DNA of 64,000 bases from Candidatus Tharpella sp. Lineage in GTDB: Bacteria; Desulfobacterota; Anaeroferrophillalia; Anaeroferrophillales; Tharpellaceae. The notes below the pieces were generated by a model that worked only from the letters and a program-made list of their open reading frames with translations, was not told where the DNA came from and ran no database searches. The translations under genes and the position numbers were made by a program. Positions 39,552-49,266 of the stretch are shown piece after piece (within the stretch, counting starts at the first letter, position 1; each line of letters starts with the position of its first letter). The stretch spans positions 11,142 to 75,141 of the forward strand of contig JAGHAQ010000006.1 of the NCBI GenBank assembly GCA_021161425.1, written 5' to 3'.

Positions 39552-41507
39552 TTAAAAAAAAGCTAACAACACAATAATAGTCATGACAATATAAGCGATA
39601 TAGAGCTGGATATTGCCATGCTGAATCCAGTGTAAACGCCCCAACAAAGAGGTAATTGAGCAAGCTATAAGGCTCAAACCATTGGCGAAGACATCCTCAG
39701 CATGGGTATCATAAGAGATACTCCCTGGGAAAATCTTGCCAATTCCGGCATACTTTTTCCGAATCCAGACAAATGGCTGAAAAAAGTCAAGTATGCTGTC
39801 GGCATAAGAGGTTCCGGTATACTGCATCCTGACCGTGGGTTGAGTAAAACCGCAACCCCAGGTTCCGGTTTGCGGACAATCTTTACCCGCATATAAAAGT
39901 TTTCTGAAGCCCGTAACCATAATCAGCAAAAATAGAAACAGAGCCGCTGTCCGCGAGATATTAACCATAAGCGGCATAAACTGTGCTACCTCAAATTCAG
40001 CAATTAAAGGTATGGCCCGACTCGCCTGAAAAGCCGCTCGCACCAGATAGTCAGGCCAAACCCCAATAATTAAACAGGCTCCAGCCAAGACAAATTGAGT
40101 CAGAATCATAGAACCACCAGCTTCTGAAGCCGCTGACAAGGAAGCATCCCGGGGTTCACCAAGAAAAACAATACCCATCACTTTGGAAAAACAAGCCGCC
40201 GCCAGCCCCCCAATAATGGCCAAAGAGATAATAACCAAAGCTGAAAAAATAAAAGATATACCGGGCAGAGAAAGACCATAAAAAGCTCCATAATAGATCA
40301 GGAACTCACTGATAAAACCGTTAAAAGGGGGCATTCCGGAAATAGATATCGAACCCACCAGAAAACAGCTCCCGGTCAAGGGCATCTTTTTCAGTAAGCC
40401 CCCAAGTCGGTCAATCATCGCCGTACCGGTTTGCTGAATAAGTGCCCCAGCTCCCATAAACAGTAATGATTTAAAAAGGGAGTGGTTGAAAACATGAAGC
40501 AGACCACCAGCAAAACCGAAAGCCGCCATAGTTTTATTACCGGTAGCAACACCCAGCATCCCGACTCCCAGACCGAGCAAAATAATGCCAATATTTTCGA
40601 CACTGTGATAAGCCAGAAGGCGTTTTATATCGTGTTGACCAAGAGCGTAAACCACCCCTAGAATACCAGACAAAGCCCCCAAAACAATAGTTATTTGCCC
40701 GAAAACAGCCGAGGTCGGAGCCAACGCCAGATAAAAACGAACAATACCATAGATACCCATTTTGATCATCACTCCGGACATCACCGCAGAAACATGGCTC
40801 GGGGCGGCAGGATGGGCATAAGGCAACCAGATATGCAAGGGCAAAACGCCCGCCTTGGAACCACAACCACACAGGACTAATAAAAAAGCGCTCAGTTTAA
40901 CTAAATCGGGAATTGCGACAAATCCGGTAAAAGTAAAACTTGCACTATAGCTGTAAATCAAAGCACAGGCGGCAAAAAGAAACAGAGCCCCGCCCTGCGC
41001 AAAAATAAAATAGAGATAACCGGCCTGCCGAGTAGCCTTTTTTTGATAGTCGTAGATCACCAGGAAAAAAGAGGAGAGTGACATGATTTCCCAAGCCAGA
41101 AGAAAGGTGATCATATCAGCGGCCATAACCACCAACGCCATAGCCGCAACCAATACCGCAAAGAAAAAATAGTTGGCCCCGGCCCTAATCTTTTTTTCGC
41201 GGTTTCCCAGATAGTGAAAACTATAAAGCAAAGCCAAGGGTGAAATCAAAAAAATCGGCAGTAGAAAAAAAAGCGAGATACTATCAACTCTGAAGGAGAG
41301 CGTGAAAATATGTAGCCATCGATAACTTACGGCAGGTACCGCCACCCCGGAGAGAAGCCGGGGCAATGTAAAAACCAGACCAATCCCGCATCCAACTGAA
41401 GTGGTAGCAATAGTAACCAGCTTCATAAACGTAAATTGCCGGGCTAAACATAGCCCGGCAATCCCTCCGGCCAGAATCAGCGCCAGAGCCACAAACAAGG
41501 TCTCCAT
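39552..41507 (-). CDS. NuoL-like antiporter-type membrane subunit (HycC/HyfB-like)
   Basis: The 651-aa protein has the antiporter-module motif (…WLPYAHPAAPSHVSAVMSGVMIK…). It is the first gene of the six-gene operon. Confidence 0.85.
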   Translation of the reverse strand: METLFVALALILAGGIAGLCLARQFTFMKLVTIATTSVGCGIGLVFTLPRLLSGVAVPAVSYRWLHIFTLSFRVDSISLFFLLPIFLISPLALLYSFHYLGNREKKIRAGANYFFFAVLVAAMALVVMAADMITFLLAWEIMSLSSFFLVIYDYQKKATRQAGYLYFIFAQGGALFLFAACALIYSYSASFTFTGFVAIPDLVKLSAFLLVLCGCGSKAGVLPLHIWLPYAHPAAPSHVSAVMSGVMIKMGIYGIVRFYLALAPTSAVFGQITIVLGALSGILGVVYALGQHDIKRLLAYHSVENIGIILLGLGVGMLGVATGNKTMAAFGFAGGLLHVFNHSLFKSLLFMGAGALIQQTGTAMIDRLGGLLKKMPLTGSCFLVGSISISGMPPFNGFISEFLIYYGAFYGLSLPGISFIFSALVIISLAIIGGLAAACFSKVMGIVFLGEPRDASLSAASEAGGSMILTQFVLAGACLIIGVWPDYLVRAAFQASRAIPLIAEFEVAQFMPLMVNISRTAALFLFLLIMVTGFRKLLYAGKDCPQTGTWGCGFTQPTVRMQYTGTSYADSILDFFQPFVWIRKKYAGIGKIFPGSISYDTHAEDVFANGLSLIACSITSLLGRLHWIQHGNIQLYIAYIVMTIIVLLAFF

Positions 41508-41694
41508 TAGAGTTTTATCTCCTCTCGGTTTTTCCTCATCAAAAGGCTACCAGAAAATAACAATTTATTCTCAAATCGGGTCGATCTCTACTCCTAAATA
41601 TTCAAATAAGCAATAAAATAATTTTTGGTGAAAACTACTCGGAAAACCCCGAACAAACGCCTCCTCCGTAGCATTTCATTATTTCGGTAAGGCA

Positions 41695-42876
41695 CTATTT
41701 TGGTGAGCGGATATCAAAACGAGGGGCTTTCAGCATCCGACCGATCTCTTCTTTAAGATCGACCTGCTCCGGATTTTCAACCTCCTGAGCCATTAAGAAT
41801 GAAAAGAGACGATCCTGCTCAATCGGATGAGAATACTCCTTAGGAGTGCCGTTCATCAACTGTATATGCGCCGCCCAGGGCACAAAATAGGTTGTCGCCG
41901 GAAAACCCTCAAACTCGGAAATATCGATATTAAGCCCTGTAACATAGAGAAGATTCTTGCCGGCATATTCGCTTCCGCGACGGATTGACTCAACGATGCG
42001 CGCAAACTCCAGCTGAATAATTATCTTGGCGGCCCTAAGCGAGGGATTTGGTGAAGTCACAATTGTCGGCATAAATTCAACCAGAGATCTTTCAAGCAGA
42101 ATCGAGGCATCGGTTTCATGAAAATCTTCTCGAAAAAAGAAGAGATCAGCAAAAAGATGGGCTCCGATACTCTCGCCGTCACCACTCTGCCACACATAAC
42201 CGCTCTCATTGAGACGTCTACAAAAATCTTCCGCAACTACAAAAGTCTGGCTTGTTGACAAAGCTGCAACCGGAACCATGCGCCCATCTTCACCGACCCT
42301 CGCAATTTTCTCCAAAAACAGCACCAGGCCATCTTTGACCGGATGTGAAGCAAAATCAACAAAAGAGTTCTTGACCGTAATCAGTTGCCTGCCGAAATCA
42401 TCCTGATGCAGAAAAATCCGTTCCTGAGCAAATTGGTACTGCTCAAGATAGGGCGTAATCACATGAGTAATCTTGCCACAGGAGTTGGAGATCCTGGTAC
42501 CTTCCATCTTGGGCCTGACACATTTACCGTAGGTTCCGGTGTGAGGATCGTAACCGACATGGCTGGCCTGCAGAATAACTAAATCTTCACCATGATGAGC
42601 ATGAGGACCGTGACGGTCACTGGCAATGATGCCGCCAACCCGACCATGGTTAAAGGGGAAGGTGCCAAAATGCTTGGTCATTAAAATGATCGGCCAGCCC
42701 TGATTTTCATCCGAGCAAAAGGCCCGAGACGGCATAATTAACCCTTTACGAAATCCCAGAGCCATACAGAAATTAAAGAGTTTAGGGACAAATTCTGGGT
42801 AGGGGATAGCCATTCCATCGACCTTGAAAGGTGCAAGACTTCTCACAATATGTGGTTTTTGCTGCAAACTTGACAT
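41695..42876 (-). CDS. Hypothetical protein, His-rich putative metal-binding segment (HGPHAHHGEDL)
   Basis: The 393-aa soluble protein fits no family I recognise. It lies between ssb and the promoter region of the Ehr-like operon. Confidence 0.5.
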   Translation of the reverse strand: MSSLQQKPHIVRSLAPFKVDGMAIPYPEFVPKLFNFCMALGFRKGLIMPSRAFCSDENQGWPIILMTKHFGTFPFNHGRVGGIIASDRHGPHAHHGEDLVILQASHVGYDPHTGTYGKCVRPKMEGTRISNSCGKITHVITPYLEQYQFAQERIFLHQDDFGRQLITVKNSFVDFASHPVKDGLVLFLEKIARVGEDGRMVPVAALSTSQTFVVAEDFCRRLNESGYVWQSGDGESIGAHLFADLFFFREDFHETDASILLERSLVEFMPTIVTSPNPSLRAAKIIIQLEFARIVESIRRGSEYAGKNLLYVTGLNIDISEFEGFPATTYFVPWAAHIQLMNGTPKEYSHPIEQDRLFSFLMAQEVENPEQVDLKEEIGRMLKAPRFDIRSPK

Positions 42877-42946
42877 AAATTAATCCCCTCCCAAAATCTG
42901 TTAAAAACTACTTTTTGTAATTCGATTCTCCAAGCAATACACAAAA

Positions 42947-42990
42947 AAGAGGGGAAAAGTAATGCTTACCCCTCCCCTCTATCACTTAAA
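42947..42990 (-). terminator. Rho-independent terminator downstream of ssb
   Basis: On the minus strand the hairpin AGAGGGGAGGGGtaagcattaCTTTTCCCCTCT is followed by TTTTTTGTG. Confidence 0.5.
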
Positions 42991-43038
42991 AAACATCCAC
43001 CAAAAGACGTATTGATTTTATAAAATATCGATTACAGA

Positions 43039-43575
43039 TCAAAAAGGAATATCATCGGGACCGCTATCGGGAGCTGAAGCCTGGCCATAGGGAGCTGAAT
43101 TCCCGGAATTTGCCTGGCCACCACCGGCGAAACCACCACCTTGACCACCACCTTGACCACCACCTTGGTTGCCTTGGGAACCGGCCGAAAAACCACCACC
43201 TTGGCCGCCGTCACCAAAACCACCTTGACCACCACCAGAACTGCCGCTATCTTTACTACCCAGCATCTGCATGGTACCGGCAACAATTTCAGTCGTATAG
43301 CGCTTAACACCATCCTGCTCCCAAGAACGGGTTTGGATGCGCCCTTCCAGATATATCTGCTTACCTTTATGAAGCCACTTGGCACAGATCTCAGCCAACT
43401 TTCCGAAAGCGATAACACGGTGCCATTCAGTGCGCTCTTCACGCTGGCCATCCTTGACCCAACTATCGCTAGTTGCCATCGTAAAAGTCGTGAAAGCAGC
43501 ACCACTGCTACCATATTTCATCTCGGGGTCACCACCCAGATGCCCCACCAGAATCACCTTATTTACGCCTGCCAT
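43039..43575 (-). CDS. ssb: Single-stranded DNA-binding protein
   Basis: An OB fold is present (…[17 protein letters not shown]…[11 protein letters not shown]…). The tail is Gly/Gln-rich and ends in the DDIPF partner-binding tip. Confidence 0.93.
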   Translation of the reverse strand: MAGVNKVILVGHLGGDPEMKYGSSGAAFTTFTMATSDSWVKDGQREERTEWHRVIAFGKLAEICAKWLHKGKQIYLEGRIQTRSWEQDGVKRYTTEIVAGTMQMLGSKDSGSSGGGQGGFGDGGQGGGFSAGSQGNQGGGQGGGQGGGFAGGGQANSGNSAPYGQASAPDSGPDDIPF

Positions 43576-43831
43576 CTCTTTACCTCCTAAAAAACAATAA
43601 TCTATTTATTTAATTGACCCTTGAACATACGACTTTTTCTTTTGATAAGCAAGCCGGAAAAAAGATTTCTGAAATTAATATTGTGTTTTTTTTTGCAATC
43701 TGGTAAGGCGTTCTACTTGAAAATTATCATCAACCCCCGGCTCAATATTACTAGACCTCTGACAGCCACAGGCTTACAGCAGTCTTCCGGGGAAAATCAG
43801 TAACAATGTTTGTCAAGGAGAGATTAAAAAA

Positions 43832-44962
43832 ATGAGTGAGATCAAAACTGTTGGCGTGGTCGGTTTCGGCGTCATGGGCGCCGCTATTGCCTTGAATGCA
43901 GCCGGTGCCGGCTATAACGTAATCTACAAAGAACTCAATGACGAACTCGTGGCCAGCATGTTTGAGCGCTGGGTGACCAAACCGCTAAGCAAAAGAGTCG
44001 CCAAAGGCAAAATCAGCCAGGCCGATATGGATCAACTGAGCGGCCGGATCAACGGCACCAGCCTCTATTCCGAGCTCAAAGATTGTGACCTGGTTATCGA
44101 AGCTGCAATCGAGAAAATGGATCTTAAAATAGAGGTTTTCACCGAACTTTCAAATGTCTGCCGGAAAGACGCTATTCTAGTCAGCAATACCTCGACCTTT
44201 CTCATCGAAAAACTCATGGCCAAAGTCGAAAACCCGAGCCGTACTGCCGGCTTGCACTACTTCTTTCCGGCCAACATCAACCGCCTGGTTGAAGTTATCA
44301 GACAAAAAGAGACCTCCGATGCAACCTATACGGCCCTCATGGAATTTGCCAAGAAAAACCGTAAGGTGGCAATCACGGTCAGGGATTTTCCGGGCTTTGC
44401 CGTCAACCCGGTTTTTATCGCCAGTTACGTGGTCCTCGACAGTTTTTACGGAGACAACTTAAATGCGGCCAGCTTGGAAAGCATCTCCCAGGAAGCCTTA
44501 GGCCTTAAGTTTGGAATCATGTGGGTTCAGAACGGAGCCGGATTGGGCACCTGTTACCATGCCGGCGTTTCCATGGCCGAATATTTAAGAAATGACGACA
44601 CCGGTTATCCGGCGATGTGTGACCAGTTAAAGCAACAGTTTGAAAGCGGCCAACTCTGGGATATCGAAGGCGGCCCCATCACCGAAGACAAGGCGACCCG
44701 TACCGAAGTTAAAGATCGCCTTTTAGGAGCCATTTTTGCAATCTCAACCCACCTCATCGAACATCAGGTGGTCAGCCCCGACGATCTTGAACTCGGCATT
44801 ATCACTTCCCTGGCCTGGCCCAAAGGACCTCTGGCTTTGATGAATGAGCTCGGAATGACCGAAAGTGCCCGCCTGATTAAGGTCGCGGTTGAGGCCGGAG
44901 ATTTCAAACTACCGAAGAAATTTGCTACCAACGATCTGGAACCGTGGGAACTGAAAAGCTAA
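43832..44962 (+). CDS. 3-hydroxyacyl-CoA dehydrogenase family protein (NAD-binding plus C-terminal domains)
   Basis: VGVVGFGVMGAAIA is a Rossmann motif. …VSNTSTF… and GFAVNPV are HAD-type motifs. Confidence 0.85.
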   Translation: MSEIKTVGVVGFGVMGAAIALNAAGAGYNVIYKELNDELVASMFERWVTKPLSKRVAKGKISQADMDQLSGRINGTSLYSELKDCDLVIEAAIEKMDLKIEVFTELSNVCRKDAILVSNTSTFLIEKLMAKVENPSRTAGLHYFFPANINRLVEVIRQKETSDATYTALMEFAKKNRKVAITVRDFPGFAVNPVFIASYVVLDSFYGDNLNAASLESISQEALGLKFGIMWVQNGAGLGTCYHAGVSMAEYLRNDDTGYPAMCDQLKQQFESGQLWDIEGGPITEDKATRTEVKDRLLGAIFAISTHLIEHQVVSPDDLELGIITSLAWPKGPLALMNELGMTESARLIKVAVEAGDFKLPKKFATNDLEPWELKS

Positions 44963-44999
44963 ACCGGTTTAACCGATAGCAAAAATATTTCTTCCTAAA

Positions 45000-45036
45000 G
45001 CGGAGGTAGACCACAAATCTACTTCCGCTTTTTTAT
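45000..45036. terminator. Bidirectional terminator between convergent genes
   Basis: The hairpin GCGGAGGTAGAccacaaaTCTACTTCCGC is followed by TTTTTTAT. The minus-strand stop codon lies inside the T-tract. Confidence 0.55.
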
Positions 45037-46703
45037 GATTTATCTTTCTTTTCGGCGACAATTTTTTGCGCCAACTTTAAAATCTCACGAAATGGATGAT
45101 GAACCTGGGTCGTGTTGATGGTGATGATCGTATCGGTAATCGTCCCGTAACGAGTGGGATCTCCGCTCTCCTGAAGATGATGCGAAATAATATCGTGTAA
45201 TTCAGTTTCAGTTCCCATCATAATGTGACGTTCATCGGTTGCGACCAGATCCTTGATCTGAGGTCTTTGCCGCGTCCTGATAAAGTATTGCGCCCCTAAC
45301 GTGGCCCCGCGCAAGGCATGCCCACTATCCCAACCAGAAGCCTTCAAAGCAATAAAAATACCGGCGAAGGTATCACCCGCTCCCAGGGTTGATGAGAGTT
45401 CATCGATAAAATCATCCCCACAGATAATGCGCCGATCTGCGTAACGCATCCTGAAAATCGCTTCCTCGGGCATACGAGCCTTTTTCCAGTAGAGCAGAGC
45501 CCGGGCCGGGGTCAGGCGCTCAGTATAACGCACCCCCTTACTGCCGTCGGTCAAAAGCAGACGCCCACCTTTATTATTCTCCCCCTTTTTCCCCTGGTTC
45601 ATGTGCCGTACCAATTGACTGCTGGTCAGATCTATACCCTTGCGCCGCGCCACCCCGGCCAAAAGCAGCAGCTCTTCAGTATTTAAGATCAAATACTGAA
45701 TAAAAGGAATGATGGCATCGTAAAGAAGCTCCTCCCGGTTACTGAAAAAACGCTCTTTACTGGAGGTATAGTAGCGTGATTCAACCAAAGCATCAATACA
45801 CTTAAAAAGGGTCTTTGTCGGGCAGAGGAAGGTCGTCACTGCACTTGCGTAGGCGGTATGCAGCAGACGGCAGATAAGACGCAACTCCTCCGGGTTAGTG
45901 AGAGAGTTAATGATCAAATTAGTACTGACAAAGTCACTATCTTTCCGCAGTTTGTACTCAAGATCGAAATAACGTTGGGCCAAACGTTGGATCGGAATGA
46001 TATCCTCATTAGTCTGATTAGACAAAACAATCCGGTCGAGATTTTTACCTGAATCATCTTTTATCGTCAGTACATAACTGATACGAGGCACAAGATTATC
46101 AATATGAATTTCGGGGATATCTCCGATTGCCACCCGATAATCCTGGTAAAACTTCTTGACTAGTTTAAATTTGGGATTTTTGACATCGAAAAAGAAGAGG
46201 TGTTCGCACTCAATTTCATCACTATCCGATTGCAGCTCAGGAGAGTCGTAAAGGGAACGTATCGCCTCTATGAGGTTTCGGTTATTGCCGCCCAGCTGTA
46301 TTCGGGCCGATTTCTCAACCAAGATCAGCTTAAGATCTTTTTCAACCTTAATAATATCAGGATAAGCCTGATTGAGTTCATCAACCAATTTCGCCAGTTC
46401 AACAGAGCGCAAACTTAAAGTCGAGCGCTCACTATGTTTACCGCCGAAGGTCATGGTATAGTAATATTTTTCATTCACCTTTTGGACATCGCAAGCAGCC
46501 ATAGGGTTGACGTAGATCGGCTCATCCAAGCCCTCGACCCGACAGACAAAAACAGTCCCCAAAGGCAATAGGATCTTATCATCGATCATAATAAGATCAT
46601 TCTCAACTACCCGATAGACCTCCTCGAGAGAAAGAGCTATCATATAATCAAAAACCGGAATCCCGCCTAAAAATACAAAACGGCTCCTGTCGCTAGTTGT
46701 CAT
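45033..46703 (-). CDS. Atypical PfkB-family carbohydrate/small-molecule kinase with a ~250-aa internal insertion and C-terminal extension
   Basis: The N-terminus (VFLGGIPVFDYMI … TFGGKHSERSTLSL) resembles the PfkB GG and GGK motifs. Residues about 390-500 carry the ribokinase C-terminal half (LLLTDGSKGVRYT…; LGAGDTFAGIFIALKASG). Residues about 100-370 match nothing I recognise. Confidence 0.7.
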   Translation of the reverse strand: MTTSDRSRFVFLGGIPVFDYMIALSLEEVYRVVENDLIMIDDKILLPLGTVFVCRVEGLDEPIYVNPMAACDVQKVNEKYYYTMTFGGKHSERSTLSLRSVELAKLVDELNQAYPDIIKVEKDLKLILVEKSARIQLGGNNRNLIEAIRSLYDSPELQSDSDEIECEHLFFFDVKNPKFKLVKKFYQDYRVAIGDIPEIHIDNLVPRISYVLTIKDDSGKNLDRIVLSNQTNEDIIPIQRLAQRYFDLEYKLRKDSDFVSTNLIINSLTNPEELRLICRLLHTAYASAVTTFLCPTKTLFKCIDALVESRYYTSSKERFFSNREELLYDAIIPFIQYLILNTEELLLLAGVARRKGIDLTSSQLVRHMNQGKKGENNKGGRLLLTDGSKGVRYTERLTPARALLYWKKARMPEEAIFRMRYADRRIICGDDFIDELSSTLGAGDTFAGIFIALKASGWDSGHALRGATLGAQYFIRTRQRPQIKDLVATDERHIMMGTETELHDIISHHLQESGDPTRYGTITDTIITINTTQVHHPFREILKLAQKIVAEKKDKS

Positions 46704-46824
46704 GGCGTCACCTCGCTTAAAATCCTGCTTGATTTTTACCTGCCGGCTGTGATAAACAGCTCAACCTTGTTAAGGTTAGTATGAAAATCTCTTGCAACAC
46801 CTAAATCCCCTATGGAGTAATACA

Positions 46825-47010
46825 ATGGCCAGGGTTTGTGATATTTGCGGAAAAAAACCGCTTGTCGGCAACAATGTAAGTCATGCAAACAATAAAACCA
46901 AAAAGGTCTCGCGGCCCAACCTGCAGGAGGTTAACACGGTTGTTAACGGCCAGCGCCGCAAGGTTAAAGTCTGCACCCGCTGTATACGGTCAGGCGCCAT
47001 TACAAAATAG
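46825..47010 (+). CDS. rpmB: 50S ribosomal protein L28
   Basis: [34 protein letters not shown] is the L28 signature. GGAG sits 8 nt upstream of the ATG. Confidence 0.9.
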   Translation: MARVCDICGKKPLVGNNVSHANNKTKKVSRPNLQEVNTVVNGQRRKVKVCTRCIRSGAITK

Positions 47011-47113
47011 TCGATTTAGACCATTTTTATTCCCCCTTACCCGGTATTAGTGAACAACTGATACTGGGTTTTCTCGTTGTTTCCAAACAAGATTTCAATC
47101 AGGCCCTCGACTT

Positions 47114-49252
47114 TCAACTCATGCGGGCTACCTGATAGACACCTTTTACCGCCCGTAAAGCCTGTTTCACCTTTTTGAGATGCTCAAGGTCTTTAACCTG
47201 AATCTCGAAGAAACAGATTGCCTTGTGATCAATACTGGTTTTCACGGAACCACTGGCGATATTGGCCTCCTGGCTACTAATCGCGGTCCCCAAAGCAACC
47301 AACATCCCCTTGACATCTTCGCACATGATGCGAATTTTAACCGAGTGCGAAGTCGAGCGCTCAAGATTCCACTCGACATCCATATAGCGTTCCGATTCAC
47401 CCTTATGAACATGCCGACAATTACGCCGATGGATCGTCAAGCCTCGCCCTCGGGTAATAAACCCGACGACATCATCACCCGGCAGAGGATTACAACATTT
47501 GGCAAAACGCACCATAACGTCATCGATATCCTTGATTGAAATACCGTCCCGAGGTGGTTTGCGAGACGCTTTACTCTCCTCTTTCTTCCCCTTACTCTTA
47601 CGCTGTTCACGCAGTTCCGGATAGATCCGATTAATAACCTGCTGCGCAGAAAGTTTTCCGCGGCCGATGGCGGCCAGTAGCGCTTCGGCATGATTGAGGG
47701 AAAATTCAACTGCAGCCGCCTGCATCTTACCGCTCTTTAAGGCCTGATTAAAAGATAGTTTTAAACGGGCAAAGGCCTTTTCACAAAATTCACGGCCCAG
47801 TTCAATACTACGTTTTTCCTCCTCTTTTTTAACCCATTGACGAATTTTGCTCCGAGCTTTACTGGTTTTGACAAAGGCAAGCCAATCCTTGTTGGGATGC
47901 TGGCGTTTGGAGGTGACGATCTCAACCATCTCACCATTCTTGAGCTGGTAACGCAAAGGCACAAGTTTGCCGTTAACCTTGGCCCCGCTACAATGATCAC
48001 CGATATTGGAGTGAATAATATAGGCCATATCGATCGGCGTTGAACCACTCGGCAACTCCTTGACCTCGCCGACCGGGGTAAAGACATAGACCGCCTCGGA
48101 GAAGAGGTCGATCTTAACGGAATCAAGGAATTCACCGGGATTGTTGACATCCTGCTGCCACTCGATCATCTGCCGCAGCCAGCCCATCTGCTTGCGATCA
48201 TGGTCATCGAGCTGATAGCCCTCCTTATAGTGCCAATGAGCGGCAATCCCCTTTTCGGCGATCTGATGCATCTCCCGGGTACGAATCTGAAATTCGATAT
48301 AACGACCATCCGGACCAATTACCGAAGTGTGCAGTGATTGATACATATTGGCTTTAGGAATACTTATAAAATCCTTGAAGCGGCTCGGTACCGGCCTCCA
48401 GAGCGCATGAATAATACCAAGCACATTATAACATTCCGCCTTATCGGAGACCAGTATTCGAAAGGCGATAATATCGTAGATTTGTTCAAAGGCGATATCC
48501 CGCCGCACCATTTTGCGATAGATACTGTAGAAGTGCTTAAGACGCCCGGCCACCTCACCGCTGATACCGTAATGATCAAGATTGCGCAGCACCAATTTGA
48601 TAATCTTGTCGATAAATTCGCGGCTTTCGAGCTCTTTGCGGGCAACTTTTTCCTCCAACTCGTGATAGATAGTCGGCTGTAGATAGCGCAAGGAACTATC
48701 TTCAAACTCCTGCTTCATCCATGAGATCCCCAGACGGTTGGCCAAAGGCGCATAGATATCTAAAGTTTCCTGGGCAATCGCTTCCTGGCGTGCAGGTTTC
48801 TGGAAATCCAGGGTCCGCATATTGTGCATGCGGTCAACCAGTTTGATAACCAGAACCCGAATATCCTTGACCATGGCGAGAATCATTTTGCGATAATTCT
48901 CGGCCTGATGTTCACGGGAACTCTTGAATTTTATTTTGCTGATTTTGGTCAGGCCTTCAACCAAAGAGGTAATCTCATCGCCAAAACGAAGGCTTAAGTC
49001 CTCGATAGAGGTCATCGGATCATCTTCGAGGGTATCATGGAGAAGACCGGCAGCGATGCTGGCCACATCCATTTTCATCTCAGCCAGCATATTGGCGACT
49101 TCGATCGGATGAACCATGTAGGGTTCACCGGAGAGGCGAACCTGATTACGGTGGGCGTATGCACTGTAGGCGTAAGCTTTGCGAATGGTATCAAAATCTG
49201 CAGCCGGATAGTAATCGGCAACCTTTTCAATAATGTCATTCGCTCTGATCAT
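47114..49252 (-). CDS. Bifunctional (p)ppGpp synthetase/hydrolase (RelA/SpoT homologue)
   Basis: An HD hydrolase domain (HRNQVRLSGEPYMVHPIEVANML…HD) is followed by a synthetase domain (…DIIAFRILV…). TGS and ACT domains are present. The protein is 712 aa. Confidence 0.95.
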   Translation of the reverse strand: MIRANDIIEKVADYYPAADFDTIRKAYAYSAYAHRNQVRLSGEPYMVHPIEVANMLAEMKMDVASIAAGLLHDTLEDDPMTSIEDLSLRFGDEITSLVEGLTKISKIKFKSSREHQAENYRKMILAMVKDIRVLVIKLVDRMHNMRTLDFQKPARQEAIAQETLDIYAPLANRLGISWMKQEFEDSSLRYLQPTIYHELEEKVARKELESREFIDKIIKLVLRNLDHYGISGEVAGRLKHFYSIYRKMVRRDIAFEQIYDIIAFRILVSDKAECYNVLGIIHALWRPVPSRFKDFISIPKANMYQSLHTSVIGPDGRYIEFQIRTREMHQIAEKGIAAHWHYKEGYQLDDHDRKQMGWLRQMIEWQQDVNNPGEFLDSVKIDLFSEAVYVFTPVGEVKELPSGSTPIDMAYIIHSNIGDHCSGAKVNGKLVPLRYQLKNGEMVEIVTSKRQHPNKDWLAFVKTSKARSKIRQWVKKEEEKRSIELGREFCEKAFARLKLSFNQALKSGKMQAAAVEFSLNHAEALLAAIGRGKLSAQQVINRIYPELREQRKSKGKKEESKASRKPPRDGISIKDIDDVMVRFAKCCNPLPGDDVVGFITRGRGLTIHRRNCRHVHKGESERYMDVEWNLERSTSHSVKIRIMCEDVKGMLVALGTAISSQEANIASGSVKTSIDHKAICFFEIQVKDLEHLKKVKQALRAVKGVYQVARMS

Positions 49253-49266
49253 TCAGACAACTTATA

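Noticed and set aside
43032-43600. ORFs overlapping ssb on both strands (43110-43307+, 43141-43590+, 43032-43514-)
   Set aside because: They are artefacts of the Gly/Gln-rich repetitive tail of ssb (GGQGGG repeats), which gives open frames on both strands.
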